A stretch of DNA of 64,000 bases, taken from contig OZ024741.1 in the NCBI GenBank assembly GCA_964016885.1, forward strand, positions 333,312,001-333,376,000, read 5' to 3'. This document shows, in pieces, positions 12,062 through 24,900 of this stretch. A program made the translations under genes and the position numbers. The first letter of the stretch is position 1. The number at the start of each line of letters is the position of its first letter. The notes below the pieces were generated by a model. The model saw only the letters and a list, made by a program, of their open reading frames with translations. It had not been told where the DNA came from and made no database searches. The DNA is from Eledone cirrhosa. Taxonomy: Eukaryota.

Positions 12062-13763
12062 ATCATCATCATCATCATCATCACCGTTTTACGTCCGTTC
12101 TTCCACGCTAGCATGGGTTAGACGGGTTGTCCTGTTGTGTGCAGTGTCTGGTCGGCTGACCATGCCTTGCTCATACAGGAACTGATCTGGCTTGATTTCT
12201 ACGGCTGGATGCCCTTCCTAACACCAACCTCATTTACAGTGAGTGCTGGGTGCTTTTTCGTGGCGCCTACACGTCCACTTTACAGTGTGGGCTGGGTGCT
12301 TTTTTGCCGTGGCACCTCCACGACCACCTTGCGGTGGGGGGGGGGCATATTGTTTATATGCTTCAGCATGTACCCATGGGAGGTCGGGTACTCTGTATTA
12401 CTGCGCGACGCCAGAAGTCACGGTCGTGTGTCATTTTCTTTGAGAGGTGTAATTGGGTAAGGTCGGCTTTTATCACCTCATCCCAGGTCATCTTGGGTCT
12501 CCCCACTCCGCGGTTTCCATCAACTTCTAGTGCTCTGCACCTTTTTATGCAGCTGTCATCCTTCATACGCATCACATGTCCATACCAGCGCAACCGCCTC
12601 TCCTGCACACAGCATTTGATTCCTCTTATGCTCAGTCTCTCTCTCAATTCATTTATGCTTTGTCGTTCACGTATATTACTGTTACACATCCATCGGAGCA
12701 TGCAGGCTTCGTTTCTCTCTAATCTACGTAAGTCTTCCACCTTCAGCGCCCAGGTCTCACTACCATGCAACATCGCTGTTCGGATACACGCATCATACAG
12801 TCTGCCTTTCATTCTGAGGGAGAAGCCTTTTGCAGCTAGCAGTGGTAGTAGTTCCCTAAACTTCTTCCATCCCGTTCTTACCCTAGTTATTGTACTTTCT
12901 GAACACCCACCTCCGTTGCTAATTCAGTCACCTAGGTAGCAGAAGCTGTCTACTGTTTCTACAGGGCCCTCCCAGAGATTGGTGGTACCCATTGTTTGCA
13001 TTTGGGGCAGAGAATGGAGTTCCTACCTACACCTTTCCTACATACTGAGCAAGGCCATTTCCCTGAGGGGATCTGGGTTCTGTTTTCTCGTCTACTTACA
13101 AGGACCTTAGTCTTTGTCATGTTGACTTTGAGACCCTTTCTCTCTAGTCCCTGCTTCCAGGTTTGGAATTTATTCTCTAGTTCTATCATAGATTCAGCTA
13201 TGAGTGCGAGGTCATCAGCATACAGGAGTTCCCATGGGCATCCGGTCTTAAATTCCTCCGTTATTGCCTGCAGGACTATGATGAACCGGAGAGGGCTAAG
13301 AACAGAGCCCTGGTGGACCCCAACCTGTACGCTAAATTCCTCGCTATACTCATTGCTAATCCTAACTTTGCTGACTGCTCCCCTATACATGGCTTGTACC
13401 GCTTTCACAAGCCATTCATCTACTCCTAGTTTTCTAAGAGCCCACCAGATTACAGCACGTGGAACTCTGTCAAAGGCTTTCTCAAGGTCGACAAATGCCA
13501 TGTAGAGTGGCTTGCTTTTAGCTAGGTACTTTTCCTTTAATCGCCTCATCAGTGGTGCCTCTTCCTGGTACAAACCCAAATTGCATCTCGTCTATTTTCA
13601 CCCGGTCCCTAATCAGCTGTGCTATAACTCTTTCTGATACTTTCATGACCTGGTCCTTCAACTTTATACCTCTATAGTTTCCTCTATCTAGTGCATCGCC
13701 TTTACCTTTGTAACAGTTGACAATGATGCTACTGCACCAATCTTTTGGTATGGCCCCTTCTAG
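12062..13763 (-). mobile_element. 5'-truncated RTE LINE (second subfamily) with internal deletions
   Basis: NYRGIKL, QFGFVPGRGTTD, AFVDLEKAFDRVPR, QGSVLSP, YADD, RRLRWYGHV; PHD finger half deleted near 12960-12985; 3'UTR and (ATG)n tail at 12062-12360. Confidence 0.95.
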
Positions 13764-13890
13764 TATTATATATATATATACATACATATATATATATATA
13801 CATACACATATATATATATATACATACATATATATACATATATACATATATACATACATACATACATACACAAATGCATACATAAATATA

Positions 13891-14232
13891 GGCACATGGC
13901 TTAGTGGTTAGAGCATTGGCCTTGCAATCGAAAGATTGTGAGTTCAATTCTCAGACCGGGTGATGTGTTGTTTCCTTGAGCAAGACACTTTATTTCACAT
14001 TGCTCCAGTTTACTCAGCTGTAGAAATGAGATGATAGGGACTTGGGTCCCTATCATTCCACTGTAAAGTGGTTGTGGAGGTGCCACGGCAAAAAAGCACC
14101 CAGCACTCACTGTAAATGAGGTTGGTGTTAGGAAGGGCATCCAGCTGTAGAAATCAAGCCAGAATCAGTTCCCGTCCCACCCTTGCAAGCAGGGAAAAGT
14201 GGACATAAAATGAAATGAATGAAATGAATGAA
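13891..14232 (+). mobile_element. tRNA-derived SINE with RTE-derived tail
   Basis: A box tggcttagtggtt, B box gagttcaattc, central tgttgtttccttgagcaagacacttt, tail cccgtcccacccttgcaagcagggaaaag matching LINE end 45672-45712. Confidence 0.9.
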
Positions 14233-14234
14233 TC

Positions 14235-14800
14235 ATTATCATTTAACATCTGTTTTCCTAGCTAGCAAGGGTTAGGCAAGTCATTACAGATCAGATCAGT
14301 ACTTAATCGGTGCTACTGATATCTCAGATGATCTCGGGGTCTGCATCTCTCTTACATATGTTCCTACACTCTACACAGTGTACCAGGTGTAATTTATCAT
14401 AGCACTAGCATTAGGGAAGTTGTCATTTCTTTAACGCAACTGACAAATTTTTCTTGACTCACTGTCTTTTTGGCAAGTTTTCTACAGCGGGGTACCCTTC
14501 CTTTCATCAATTACTTTACAGTGTGTCCTGGATAAGACTTATTGTTTCACCAGCACTAGAGAGATTGTGTCCTTGACAAAACTAAAGAGTCCTATTAACC
14601 CCTTTTTAGCATGGTTCCTACAGCTTGATACTCTTCATATCACCAATTACAATGATGTGTTTGGTAAGACTTATTGTGTCACCAACGCGAGAGAAGTTGG
14701 TGCATCCTTAACAAAACTGAAGAAGCCTAACAATCCCTTTGTAGCAAGGTCCTTACAGCTGGATGTCCTTCATAGCCCAACCACTTTACAGAGTTAATAA
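14235..14800 (-). repeat. Degenerate RTE/SINE 3'-end remnants with local duplications
   Basis: catcatttaacatctgttttcc tail and repeated ctacagc-gga-(g)tccttc ... actttacag motifs. Confidence 0.5.
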
Positions 14801-14980
14801 AATTGAGAAAGAATAACAAAGGAAGGGAATAGTAAGTATTGTAGTATAAACTACGTTTGACAATTTGGTAGAGTTGTCAGAGCACTTATATTTGTACTGT
14901 ATTCAAATCCCATCCTGGTCAAATTTGCCTTTCATTCTTTCAGGGTCGATAAAGAAAGTATTAAACCAGAGTTGGCACAA

Positions 14981-15014
<34 letters not shown>

Positions 15015-15556
15015 CCAGCTGTTACATCCTGGATGTTCTGCTGAATCAAGGGAAAGAAAGGCAGATTGAGATGAAAGGGTCTCTTGTATCATATCTTTCT
15101 CATGTCTGCATGGGCACTACACCTAAAGCCCTTAACAAAAAGCTACCAACTACCATGTCATACTCAATTGAATGAGGAGGCAGTAGTTGCTTCATGACAT
15201 TCAGCAATAATCTATTTTTTCATTTCAATTTGATAGAGCAATAATAGATGTGTTACTATTTTCCATGTAATAGTAGTAAATGATCTGTTACATTCCAATC
15301 CACTACATGGCATTTCATACCAGATGAAAAGCATTATTCTAAGATATTATATACAGTTACTTAATTAGCTCTGCTCTATTCATTATATATAAAGAGAGAC
15401 ATCAGCAAGTCTTTTATATTTTATACAATTGAAGCTAATGTGTTTGTATATGCTTAGAGGTAAAATAACATTTATTATTTAAAAAAATGTTTTTAAAAAG
15501 TTATAATGAAATATAAAATATATAACTGCTAATTAAAAATAGATCTTAGCTGATAG

Positions 15557-15603
<47 letters not shown>

Positions 15604-15654
15604 GACACACATATGTATATACATATATCTATAAATATATATAGATATAGATAT

Positions 15655-15691
<37 letters not shown>

Positions 15692-16371
15692 CATACATAC
15701 ATACACACATACATACACATACATACATGCACATACAAATGTACATAAATACACATACTTTTATACATACAATATCTATACATATGTGTGAACAATTTTC
15801 AATAGTTTGTGCAGATGTAGACAAATGAGTAATTTCATAGGAAATCAGTGTATGCTTATAGATCAAAAGTAATTATCAGGAGAACTTAGTATCAATGTTT
15901 TAACCCTTTCATTATCATATTTCTCATAAAATACACTTCCTTTGATTTTCTATCAATTCCGAAAATAATCAGGAAGTTGGGGGGAATTTGTAATATAATC
16001 AACTTTGTCATAATTTAGCTGGCATTTGAGATGTAATATAATTATGATGGAAGGTTTAAATCTAAATTCCAATGGGCTTCCATACATTTTTTATCTGTCT
16101 TTAGTGTCTCAAAGACAGCTAAGAATAGGCAAAGAAGTTATCATCTGATTAGATGTATAGACAGAATGGACTCTGCTAAAATTACTGAAGAGCGACAGAT
16201 AAAGATCAAAACACAAGAACACAAACAGTCCTTCAAACAGCTTCATTTGATGTCAACCTGTGATAAAATATTAAAAATGGAACATGCTGGGAGAGCAGGG
16301 ATCACTTCTCAGCAGAATCATACAGCCTTTTCATTTTTTCAGTAAGACACCACCACCACTACCACCACTAC

Positions 16372-16710
16372 CAATAAGGTTTAATATACAAGAACACATA
16401 TAGTCCTTCCAATAAATAAGGGTTAATATACAATAACACATATAGTCCTTCCAATAAATAAGGGTTAATATACAAGAACACATATAGTCTTTCCAATAAA
16501 TAAGGGTTAATATACAAGAACACACAGAGACTTTCTAATAGATAAGGGTTAATATACAAGAACACATATAGTCCTTCCAATAAAAAGGTTTAATATACAA
16601 GGATACAAACAATCCTTCCATCAGATAAAGTTTAAAATACAAGATAATAAAGAATCCTTCCAGCAGATACGGTTTAAAAGACAAGGACACAAACGTGCCT
16701 TCCAACAAAC
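16372..16710. repeat. 42-bp minisatellite, ~8 degenerating copies
   Basis: aataaataagggttaatatacaagaacacatatagtccttcc starting at 16411, 16453, 16495 and 16537. Confidence 0.9.
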
Positions 16711-17251
16711 TTCTATATACAAATTTTCATTTCTAAGGATTTGGTGAAGTGATGCTCTATTTCTATGTGAAGTCCAGTTATTTGAGACTAGTTTGCTCCA
16801 CTTCTTCCCATGCTTTCCTCACCCTTCCACAACTTCCATTCACATTGGATCACATGGTACCTCTTTACCCAAATGTCATCCTACATCCAAATACATCACA
16901 TGCCTCAACCAGTGCACACATCGTATTTAGTTTTTTCTTATAAACATTTTTTCTCTCTTTCAATTCTGTTAGGCACCGTCGTTCATATAGAGCAGGCTTG
17001 CCTCATTTCTTTTCAGCTTTCAAGCATCCTATGCAGTCAATGTCGCTATTTGCTACCATGCAACAATGCACACTGATAGATACACACACATATATATCTA
17101 TATATAAACACACATGTATACATATATATATATATATACTGAGAATGAGAGAAGAAGGGAGAGGAGAGCAATATATACATAAAGGCGTTGGTAGGAAGCA
17201 ATAATCCACTCAATAAAACAATTTTGTGAAAGCTGTCAGTAAAAAAAAAAC

Positions 17252-17306
<55 letters not shown>

Positions 17307-17493
17307 CAAAGTAAAAACAACAAAAAATAGTAATAATGATAAACACATACAAATCTATATCAAAGCAGACTGAATGCACAAAGGGTCTCTCAATAGAATG
17401 TTTTGAACAAAATATCATTATTTGATTGTGATAATAAGTTCAATGTATATATATATATATATATATAATTGTATATACATACATATATATGTG

Positions 17494-17583
<90 letters not shown>

Positions 17584-17778
17584 CATACATACTATGTATA
17601 TATAGATGTCATTTTGCAAATTAAATTTTTCTTTTGTCTTTACAACAATAAATATATATATGGTTTTTGAAATATTTGTTAAGACCAGTGTTCCCCCTAT
17701 GCTCCCAACCAATATCAGATTTACAAACTGGGGGAAAATATCTATATAATCCTTATCTATCTATCTATCTAGCTATCT

Positions 17779-17809
<31 letters not shown>

Positions 17810-18379
17810 TCAATTGACTTACCTATTTATCTACATATCAGAATGAACACACAAACACAAAAACCATATATGGACCTTTGTGTGTGTGTGGGTGTATGTA
17901 TGTGTGTATGCATGTTTGTGTGTGTGAATGTATCTGCATGTGTGTGTGTGTGTGTGTGTGTATGGGTGTACATATGTTTATGTATGGGTAATTATAGAGA
18001 TGACTTTGTGAATGCGTATAGTAGAGTTGATATGTATATTTTTTGTTTAGATGAATGTATAATGGTATGTATGGATATAGATCGATCATCGGTCATATAC
18101 ATATATAGAGAGATCTTCAGTCAGATATATACATATATGTATATATATATAGACACATACATACACATATATAATGTATATAGAAAAGAGAGTGAAAAGG
18201 GAGGGATGAAGAGGGGAAAAAGGAGTAATTTTGTTATAAAATATATACATATGCATATATATATATATACATATATAAATATGTATATATATATATGTGT
18301 GTGTGTGTATAAATATATATATGTGTGTATATATATATATGTGTGTATGTGTATATATATATGTGTGTATGTGTATAAA

Positions 18380-18422
<43 letters not shown>

Positions 18423-18429
18423 ATAAATA

Positions 18430-18463
<34 letters not shown>

Positions 18464-18554
18464 CACATAATTATATATATATACTTATATACATATATTT
18501 ACACATGATTATATACATATATATCTTTGCACAATTATATACATATACATATAT

Positions 18555-18655
<101 letters not shown>

Positions 18656-18897
18656 ATATATATATATATATATATACATTTACAAACACAAGACACATGC
18701 ACTTATATTCTCGGTGTTCTTGGAGTTTTCAAGATATTATATTATTATAGCTCTGATCATTGAAAATTGGTATTCTAGTTCCATTCCATTCTGTATTTCT
18801 GTATTTATTTACCTAGCCAACCATCTCCATCTTACCCACCATCACATCTCGATGGGCAATAATTTTCTAATGTTATAAAAATATAAGCAATTTCAGA

Positions 18898-19870
18898 ATG
18901 ATGGTTGTATTGTTATTGTTGGTGGTGGGGATGGTGTTGTTGTTGGTGGTGGTGGTGTTGGTGGTTGTGGTGGTGTTGGTGGTGGTGTTGATGGTTGGTG
19001 GTGGTGTTGGTGGTGGTGGTGGTGGTGGTGGTGGTGGTGGTGGTGGTGGTGGTGGTGGTGTTGGTGGTAGTGGTGGTGTTGGTGGTGGTGGTGGTGGTGT
19101 TGGTGGTGGTGTTGGTGGTGGTGTTGGTGGTGGGGATGGTGTTGGTGGTGGTGGTGTTGGTGGTGGTGGTGGTGGTGGTGTTGGTGGTGGTGGTGGTGTT
19201 GGTGGTGGGGATGGTGTTGGTGGTGGTGGTGTTGGTGTTGGTGGTGGGGATGGTGTTGGTGGTGGTGGTGTTGGTGGTGGTGGTGTTGATGGTGGTGGTG
19301 GTGGTGTTGGTGGTGGTGGTGGTGTTGGTGGTGGTGATGTTGGTGGTGGGGATGGTGTTGGAGGTGGTGGTGGTGGTGTTGGAGGTGAACATAATAATGG
19401 TGTTAGTGGTGGTGATAAATGTGGTAATGGTGATGGTGCTGGTTGTTGTTGTTGTTGGTGATGGGGCTTTAGTGGTGATCTTGATGGTGGTGATGGAGGT
19501 GGTGGTGTTGGTGGTGGTGGTGTTGGAGGTGGAGGTGGTGGTGTTGGTGGTGATGGAGGTGGTGGTGTTGGTGGTGGTGGTGTTGGTGGTGGTGGTGTTG
19601 GTGGTGGTGGTGTTGGTGGTGGTGGTGTTGGAGGTGGAGGTGGTGGTGTTGGTGGTGGTGGTGGTGGTGGTGGTGGTGGTGGAGGGGAACATAATAATGG
19701 TGCTAGTGGTGGTGATAATTGTGGTAATGGTGATGGTGCTGGTTGTTGTTGTTGGTGATAGCGGCTTCAGTGGTGATGTTGATGGTGGTGATGGAGATGG
19801 TGGTGTTGTTGGTGGTGGTGGTGGTTGGTAGTGTCAGTGTTGATGGTGTATGTGTTAGTGGTGGTACGCG
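18898..19870. repeat. (GGT)n-based low-complexity tract with internal duplication
   Basis: GGT/GTT triplets; gaacataataatggtg block repeated at ~19387 and ~19687. Confidence 0.95.
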
Positions 19871-20128
19871 TGGTTGGGATGTGTAGAAATGTTGTTTATA
19901 CCATAGTTAAAAACAAACACACGACTTCCATGCTACAAAATTAATATCTCCCAGCCAATATGTTTTCACAAAGCTTATATAGATTACTCAGTATGTGTGT
20001 TTGTGTGTGTGTGTGTCTGCGAGTATTTGTGTGTCTGTGTAAGTATGTTTTCTTTTCTTTCCATTTTTTTGTCAATGTCATTGTTCATATGTATATATAT
20101 ATATATATATATACACATATATATGTTG

Positions 20129-20204
<76 letters not shown>

Positions 20205-20228
20205 TATATATATATATATATATATATA

Positions 20229-20298
<70 letters not shown>

Positions 20299-20334
20299 TA
20301 TATATATATATATATATACACATATATATATGTA

Positions 20335-20376
<42 letters not shown>

Positions 20377-20391
20377 CATATATATATACCT

Positions 20392-20422
<31 letters not shown>

Positions 20423-20452
20423 CATATATATATATGTATATATATATATACC

Positions 20453-20487
<35 letters not shown>

Positions 20488-20494
20488 GTATATA

Positions 20495-20565
<71 letters not shown>

Positions 20566-20767
20566 ATACATATATGTATACATATATACACACATGCATA
20601 CAAATATATATATATTTAAAATCTATTTTGGATTTGTGTTTTAGATGTATGTTTTGTTATTGTTTTTGGATTTTAGTTTTACACCATTGTTGAAAGATCC
20701 CCCACCATTTCTCTTCTCTTCTACCTTCTCTATACAATTCCTTGCTTTAAAATTACATAGTATAAGA

Positions 20768-21430
20768 GGTGGCGGTGGTGGTGGTGTGGTGGTGTTAGTG
20801 GTGGTTGTGATAGTGGTGATGATGATGGCTGTGATAATGGTCATGATGGTGGTGGTTGTGGTTGTGGTTGTGAAAGTGTTGCGGGGTGGCTGTGATAGTG
20901 GTAGGGATGATGATAGCTGTGATGGTGGTGGTGATGGTGTTGGTGGTGGTTGTGATAGTGGTGGTGATGGTGGTTGTGATAGTGGTGGTGATGGTGGTGG
21001 TTGTGATAGTGGTGGTGATGGTGGTGGTTGTGATAGTGGTGGTGATGGTGGTTGTGATAGTGGTGGTGATGGTGGTGGTTGTGATAGTGGTGGTGATGGT
21101 GGTGGTTGTGATAGTGGTGGTGATGGTGGTAGTTGTGATAGTGGTGGTGTTGGTCATGGTTGTGATAGTAGTGGTGAAGGTGGTGTTGGTGGTGGTTGTG
21201 ATAGTAATTGTGGTGGTAATAGTGGGGTTAATATTGGTGAGTAGGGTTGAGGTGGGACTGGATGTGGAAATAACAGTGAAGGTAGCCTCAGTGCTGGTTG
21301 TTGCTGGTGCTGGTGCCGATGATGATAGAGCTGTAGATGGAGGTGCCAATGGTGGTAATGTTGATGGTACTTCTGGTGATGTCAGGGCTGATCTTGGTTG
21401 TGGTGTTGGTGGAGGTGTTGGTGATAGCAT
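20768..21430. repeat. GGT-rich tract with 21/24-bp unit ggttgtgatagtggtggtgat(ggt)
   Basis: Directly visible tandem units 20948-21210. Confidence 0.9.
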
Positions 21431-21464
21431 TTATATACATAATAGACATATATATATATATATA

Positions 21465-21632
21465 AGGGTAAAGACCCTTTTCAGTCACGAATGATTATGG
21501 CATTTGCATCTAGAAAGTTTCCTTCCGAGGCACAAGTCCTTGCAAAGTTGAAAGTCTGTGAAAGACCAGCAGTCTCCCATGCTGACAAGTCTCCCCTCTC
21601 CATGCCGCTGATGTTGTCCAAGGGAAAGGGAC
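21465..21632 (-). mobile_element. Probable SINE/RTE-related 3' fragment
   Basis: ggtaaagaccc ... ctagaaagtt-ccttccgaggcacaagtcc ... gaccagcagtc-cccatgc resembles a mollusc retroposon end (from recall); abuts a SINE in opposite orientation. Confidence 0.45.
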
Positions 21633-21870
21633 TGGGGATCTTATCATTCCACTGCAAAGTGGTTGTGGAGGTGCCACGGCAAAAAAGTACCCAGCCCACA
21701 CTGTAAAGTGGACGAGTAGGCGCCACGGAAAAAAAGCACCCACCACTCACTGTAAATGAGGTTGGTGTCATGAAGGGCATCCAGTTGTAGAAATTAAGCC
21801 AGAATCAGTTCCCGTCCAACCCTTCCAAGCAGGGAAAAGTGGACGTAAAATATAATGAAATAAAATGATA
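21628..21870 (+). mobile_element. 5'-truncated copy of the RTE-tailed SINE
   Basis: Matches 14037-14215, with one extra ~50-bp unit that is also present in the LINE UTR at 12245-12310. Confidence 0.9.
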
Positions 21871-21973
21871 TATATATAAATATATTTAGAGAGAGAGATA
21901 GTTCCTTGAAAAGCTGAAGGAATCAGGGTACAGGATTACAACCCAACACCACCTCAGCTCTATTAACTTACTG

Positions 21974-24900
21974 ATGTTAGTGGTAATGGTAATGGTGTTG
22001 ATGGTAGTGGTAATGGTGTTGATGGTAGTGGTAATGGTGTTGATGGTAGTGGTAATGCTGTTGGTGTTGATAGTAGTGGTAATGGTGTTGGTGTTGATGG
22101 TAGTGGTAATGGTATTGGTGTTGATGGTAATGATGTTGATGTTGATGGTAGTGGTAATAGTGTTGGTGTTGATGGTAGTGGTAATGGTGTTGATGGTAGT
22201 GGTAATGCTGTTGGTGTTGATGGTAGTGGTAATAGTGTTGGTGTTGATGGTAGTGGTAATGGTGTTGGTGTTGATGGTAGTGGTAATGGTATTGATGGTA
22301 GTGGTAATGGTGTTGATGGTAGTGGTAATGGTAGTGGTAATGGTTTTGGAGTTGGTGGTAGTGGTAATGGTGTTGATAGTATTGGTAATGGTGTTGATGG
22401 TGTTGGTATTGTGGTAGTGGTAATGGTGTTGATGGTAGTGGTAATGGTGTTGTTGTTGGTGGTAGTGGTAATGGTGTTGTTGTTGGTGGTAGTGGTAATG
22501 GTATTGATTGTAGTGGTAATGGTGTAGGTGTAGATGGTAGTGGTAATGGTAATGGTGTTGATGGTAGTGGTAATGGTGTTGATGGTAGTGGTAATGGTGT
22601 TGGTGTTGGTGGTAGTTGTAATGGTGTTGATGTTGATGGTAGTGGTAATGGTGTTCATGGTAGTGGTAATGGTGTTGGTGTTGATGGTAATGGTGTGGGT
22701 GTTGATGGTAGTGGTAATGGTTTTGATGGTAGTGCTAATGGTGTTGATGGTGGTGGTAATGGTGTTGATGGTGGTGGTAATGATGTTGATGGTGGTGGTA
22801 ATGGTGTTGATGGTAGTGGTAATGGTGTTGATGGTGGTGCTAATGGTGTTGATGGTGGTGGTAATGGTGTTGATGGTGGTGGTAATGGTGTTGATGGTGG
22901 TGGTAATGATGTTGATGGTGGTGCTAATGGTGTTGATGGTGGTGGTAATGGTGTTGATGGTGGTGGTAATGATGTTGATGGTGGTGGTAATGGTGTTGAT
23001 GGTAGTGGTAATGGTGTTGATGGTGGTGGTAATGGTGTTGATGGTAGTGGTAATGGTGGTGGAGTTGATGGTAGTGGTAATGGTGTTGGTGTTGATGGTA
23101 GTGGTAATGGTGTTGGTGTTGATGGTAGTGGTAATGGTGTTGATGGTAGAAGTAATGGTGTTGATGTTGATGGTAGTGGTAATGGTGTTGGTGTTGATGG
23201 TAGTGGTAATGGTGTTGGTGTTGATGGTAGTGGTAATGGTGTTGGTGTTGATGGTAGTTGTAATGGTGTTGATGTTGATGGTGGTGGTAATGTTGTTGAT
23301 GGTGGTGGTAATGGTGTTGGTGTTGATGGTAGTGGTAATGGTGTTGATGGTAGTAGTAATGGTGTTGGTGTTGATGGTAGTGGTAATGGTATTGATGGTA
23401 GTGGTAATGGTGTTGATGGTAGTGGTAATGGTGTTGATGTTGATGGTAGTTGTAATGGTGTTGATGTTGATGGTGGTGGTAATGTTGTTGATGGTGGTGG
23501 TAATGGTGTTGGTGTTGATGGTAGTAGTAATGGTGTTGGTGTTGATGGTAGTGGTAATGGTATTGATGGTAGTGGTAATGGTGTTGATGGTAGTGGTAAT
23601 GGTGTTGATGGTGGTGGTAATGGTGTTGATGGTAGATGTAATGGTGTTGATGTTGATGGTAGTGGTAATGGTGTTGGTGTTGATGGTAGTGGTAATGGTG
23701 TTGGTGTTGATGGTAGTGGTAATGGTGTTGGTGTTGATGGTAGTGGTAATGGTGTTGATGGTAGTGGTAATGGTGTTGATGTTGATGGTAGTTGTAATGG
23801 TGTTGATGTTGATGGTGGTGGTAATGTTGTTGATGGTGGTGGTAATGGTGTTGGTGTTGATGGTAGTAGTAATGGTGTTGGTGTTGATGGTAGTGGTAAT
23901 GGTGGTGGTGTTGATGGTAGTGGTAATGGTGTTTATGGTAGTGGTAATGGTGTTGATGATAATGGTGATGGTGTTGATGGTAGTGGTAATGGTGTTGGTG
24001 TTGATGGTAGTGGTTATGGTGTGGAGGTTGATGGTAGTGGTAATGGTGTTGATGGTAGTGGTAACGGTGTTTGTGTTGATGGTAGTGGTAATGGTGTTGA
24101 TGGTAGTTGAAATGGTGTTGATGGTAGTGGTAATGGTGTTGGTGTTGGTGGTAGTGGTAATGGTGTTGATGTTGATGGTAGTGGTACTGGTGTTGGTGTT
24201 GATGGTAGTGGTAATGGTGTTGATGTTGATGTTGATGGTAGTGGTAATGGTGTTGATGTTGATGGTAGTGGTGTTGATGTTGATACTAGTGGTAATGGTG
24301 TTGATGGTAGTGGTAATGGTGTTCGTATTGATGGTAGTGGTATGGTGTTGATGGTAGTAATAATGGTGTTGGTTGTACAGGTAACGGCGTTGGTGTTTAT
24401 GGTAGTGGTAATGGTGTTGATGATGATGGTAATGGTGTTGATGGTAGCGGTAATGGTGTTGATGTAGATGGTAGTGATAATGGTGTTGATGGTAGTGGTA
24501 ATGGTGTTTGTGTTGGTGGTAGTGGTAATGGTGTTGATGGTAGTGGTAATGGCGTTGATGTTGATGGTAGTGGTAATGGTGTTGATGTCGATCGTAGTGG
24601 TAATGGTGTGGGTGTTGATGGTAGTGGTAATGGTGTTGATGGTAGTTTTAATTGTGTTGATGGTAGTGGTAATGGTGTTGATGGTAGTGGTGATGGTGTT
24701 TATGTTGATGGTAGTGGTAATGGTGTTGATGGTAGCGGTAATGGTGTTGATGGTAGTGGAAATGGTGTTGATGGTAGTGGTAATGGTGTTGATGGTAGTG
24801 GTAATGGTGTTGGTGTTGATGGTAATGTTAACGGTGTTGATGGTAGTAGTAATGGTGTTGGTATTGATGGTAGTAGTAATGGTGTTGATGTTGATAGTAT

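Noticed and set aside
13891-13962. tRNA gene
   Set aside because: It is the SINE head: no closed acceptor stem, and it continues into the SINE body in several copies
16372-16710. Regular 42-bp repeats as a CRISPR array
   Set aside because: Head-to-tail tandem units without unique spacers; eukaryotic context; no cas genes
18898-19461. Glycine-rich structural protein
   Set aside because: (GGT)n tract, open in several frames, with no codon diversity
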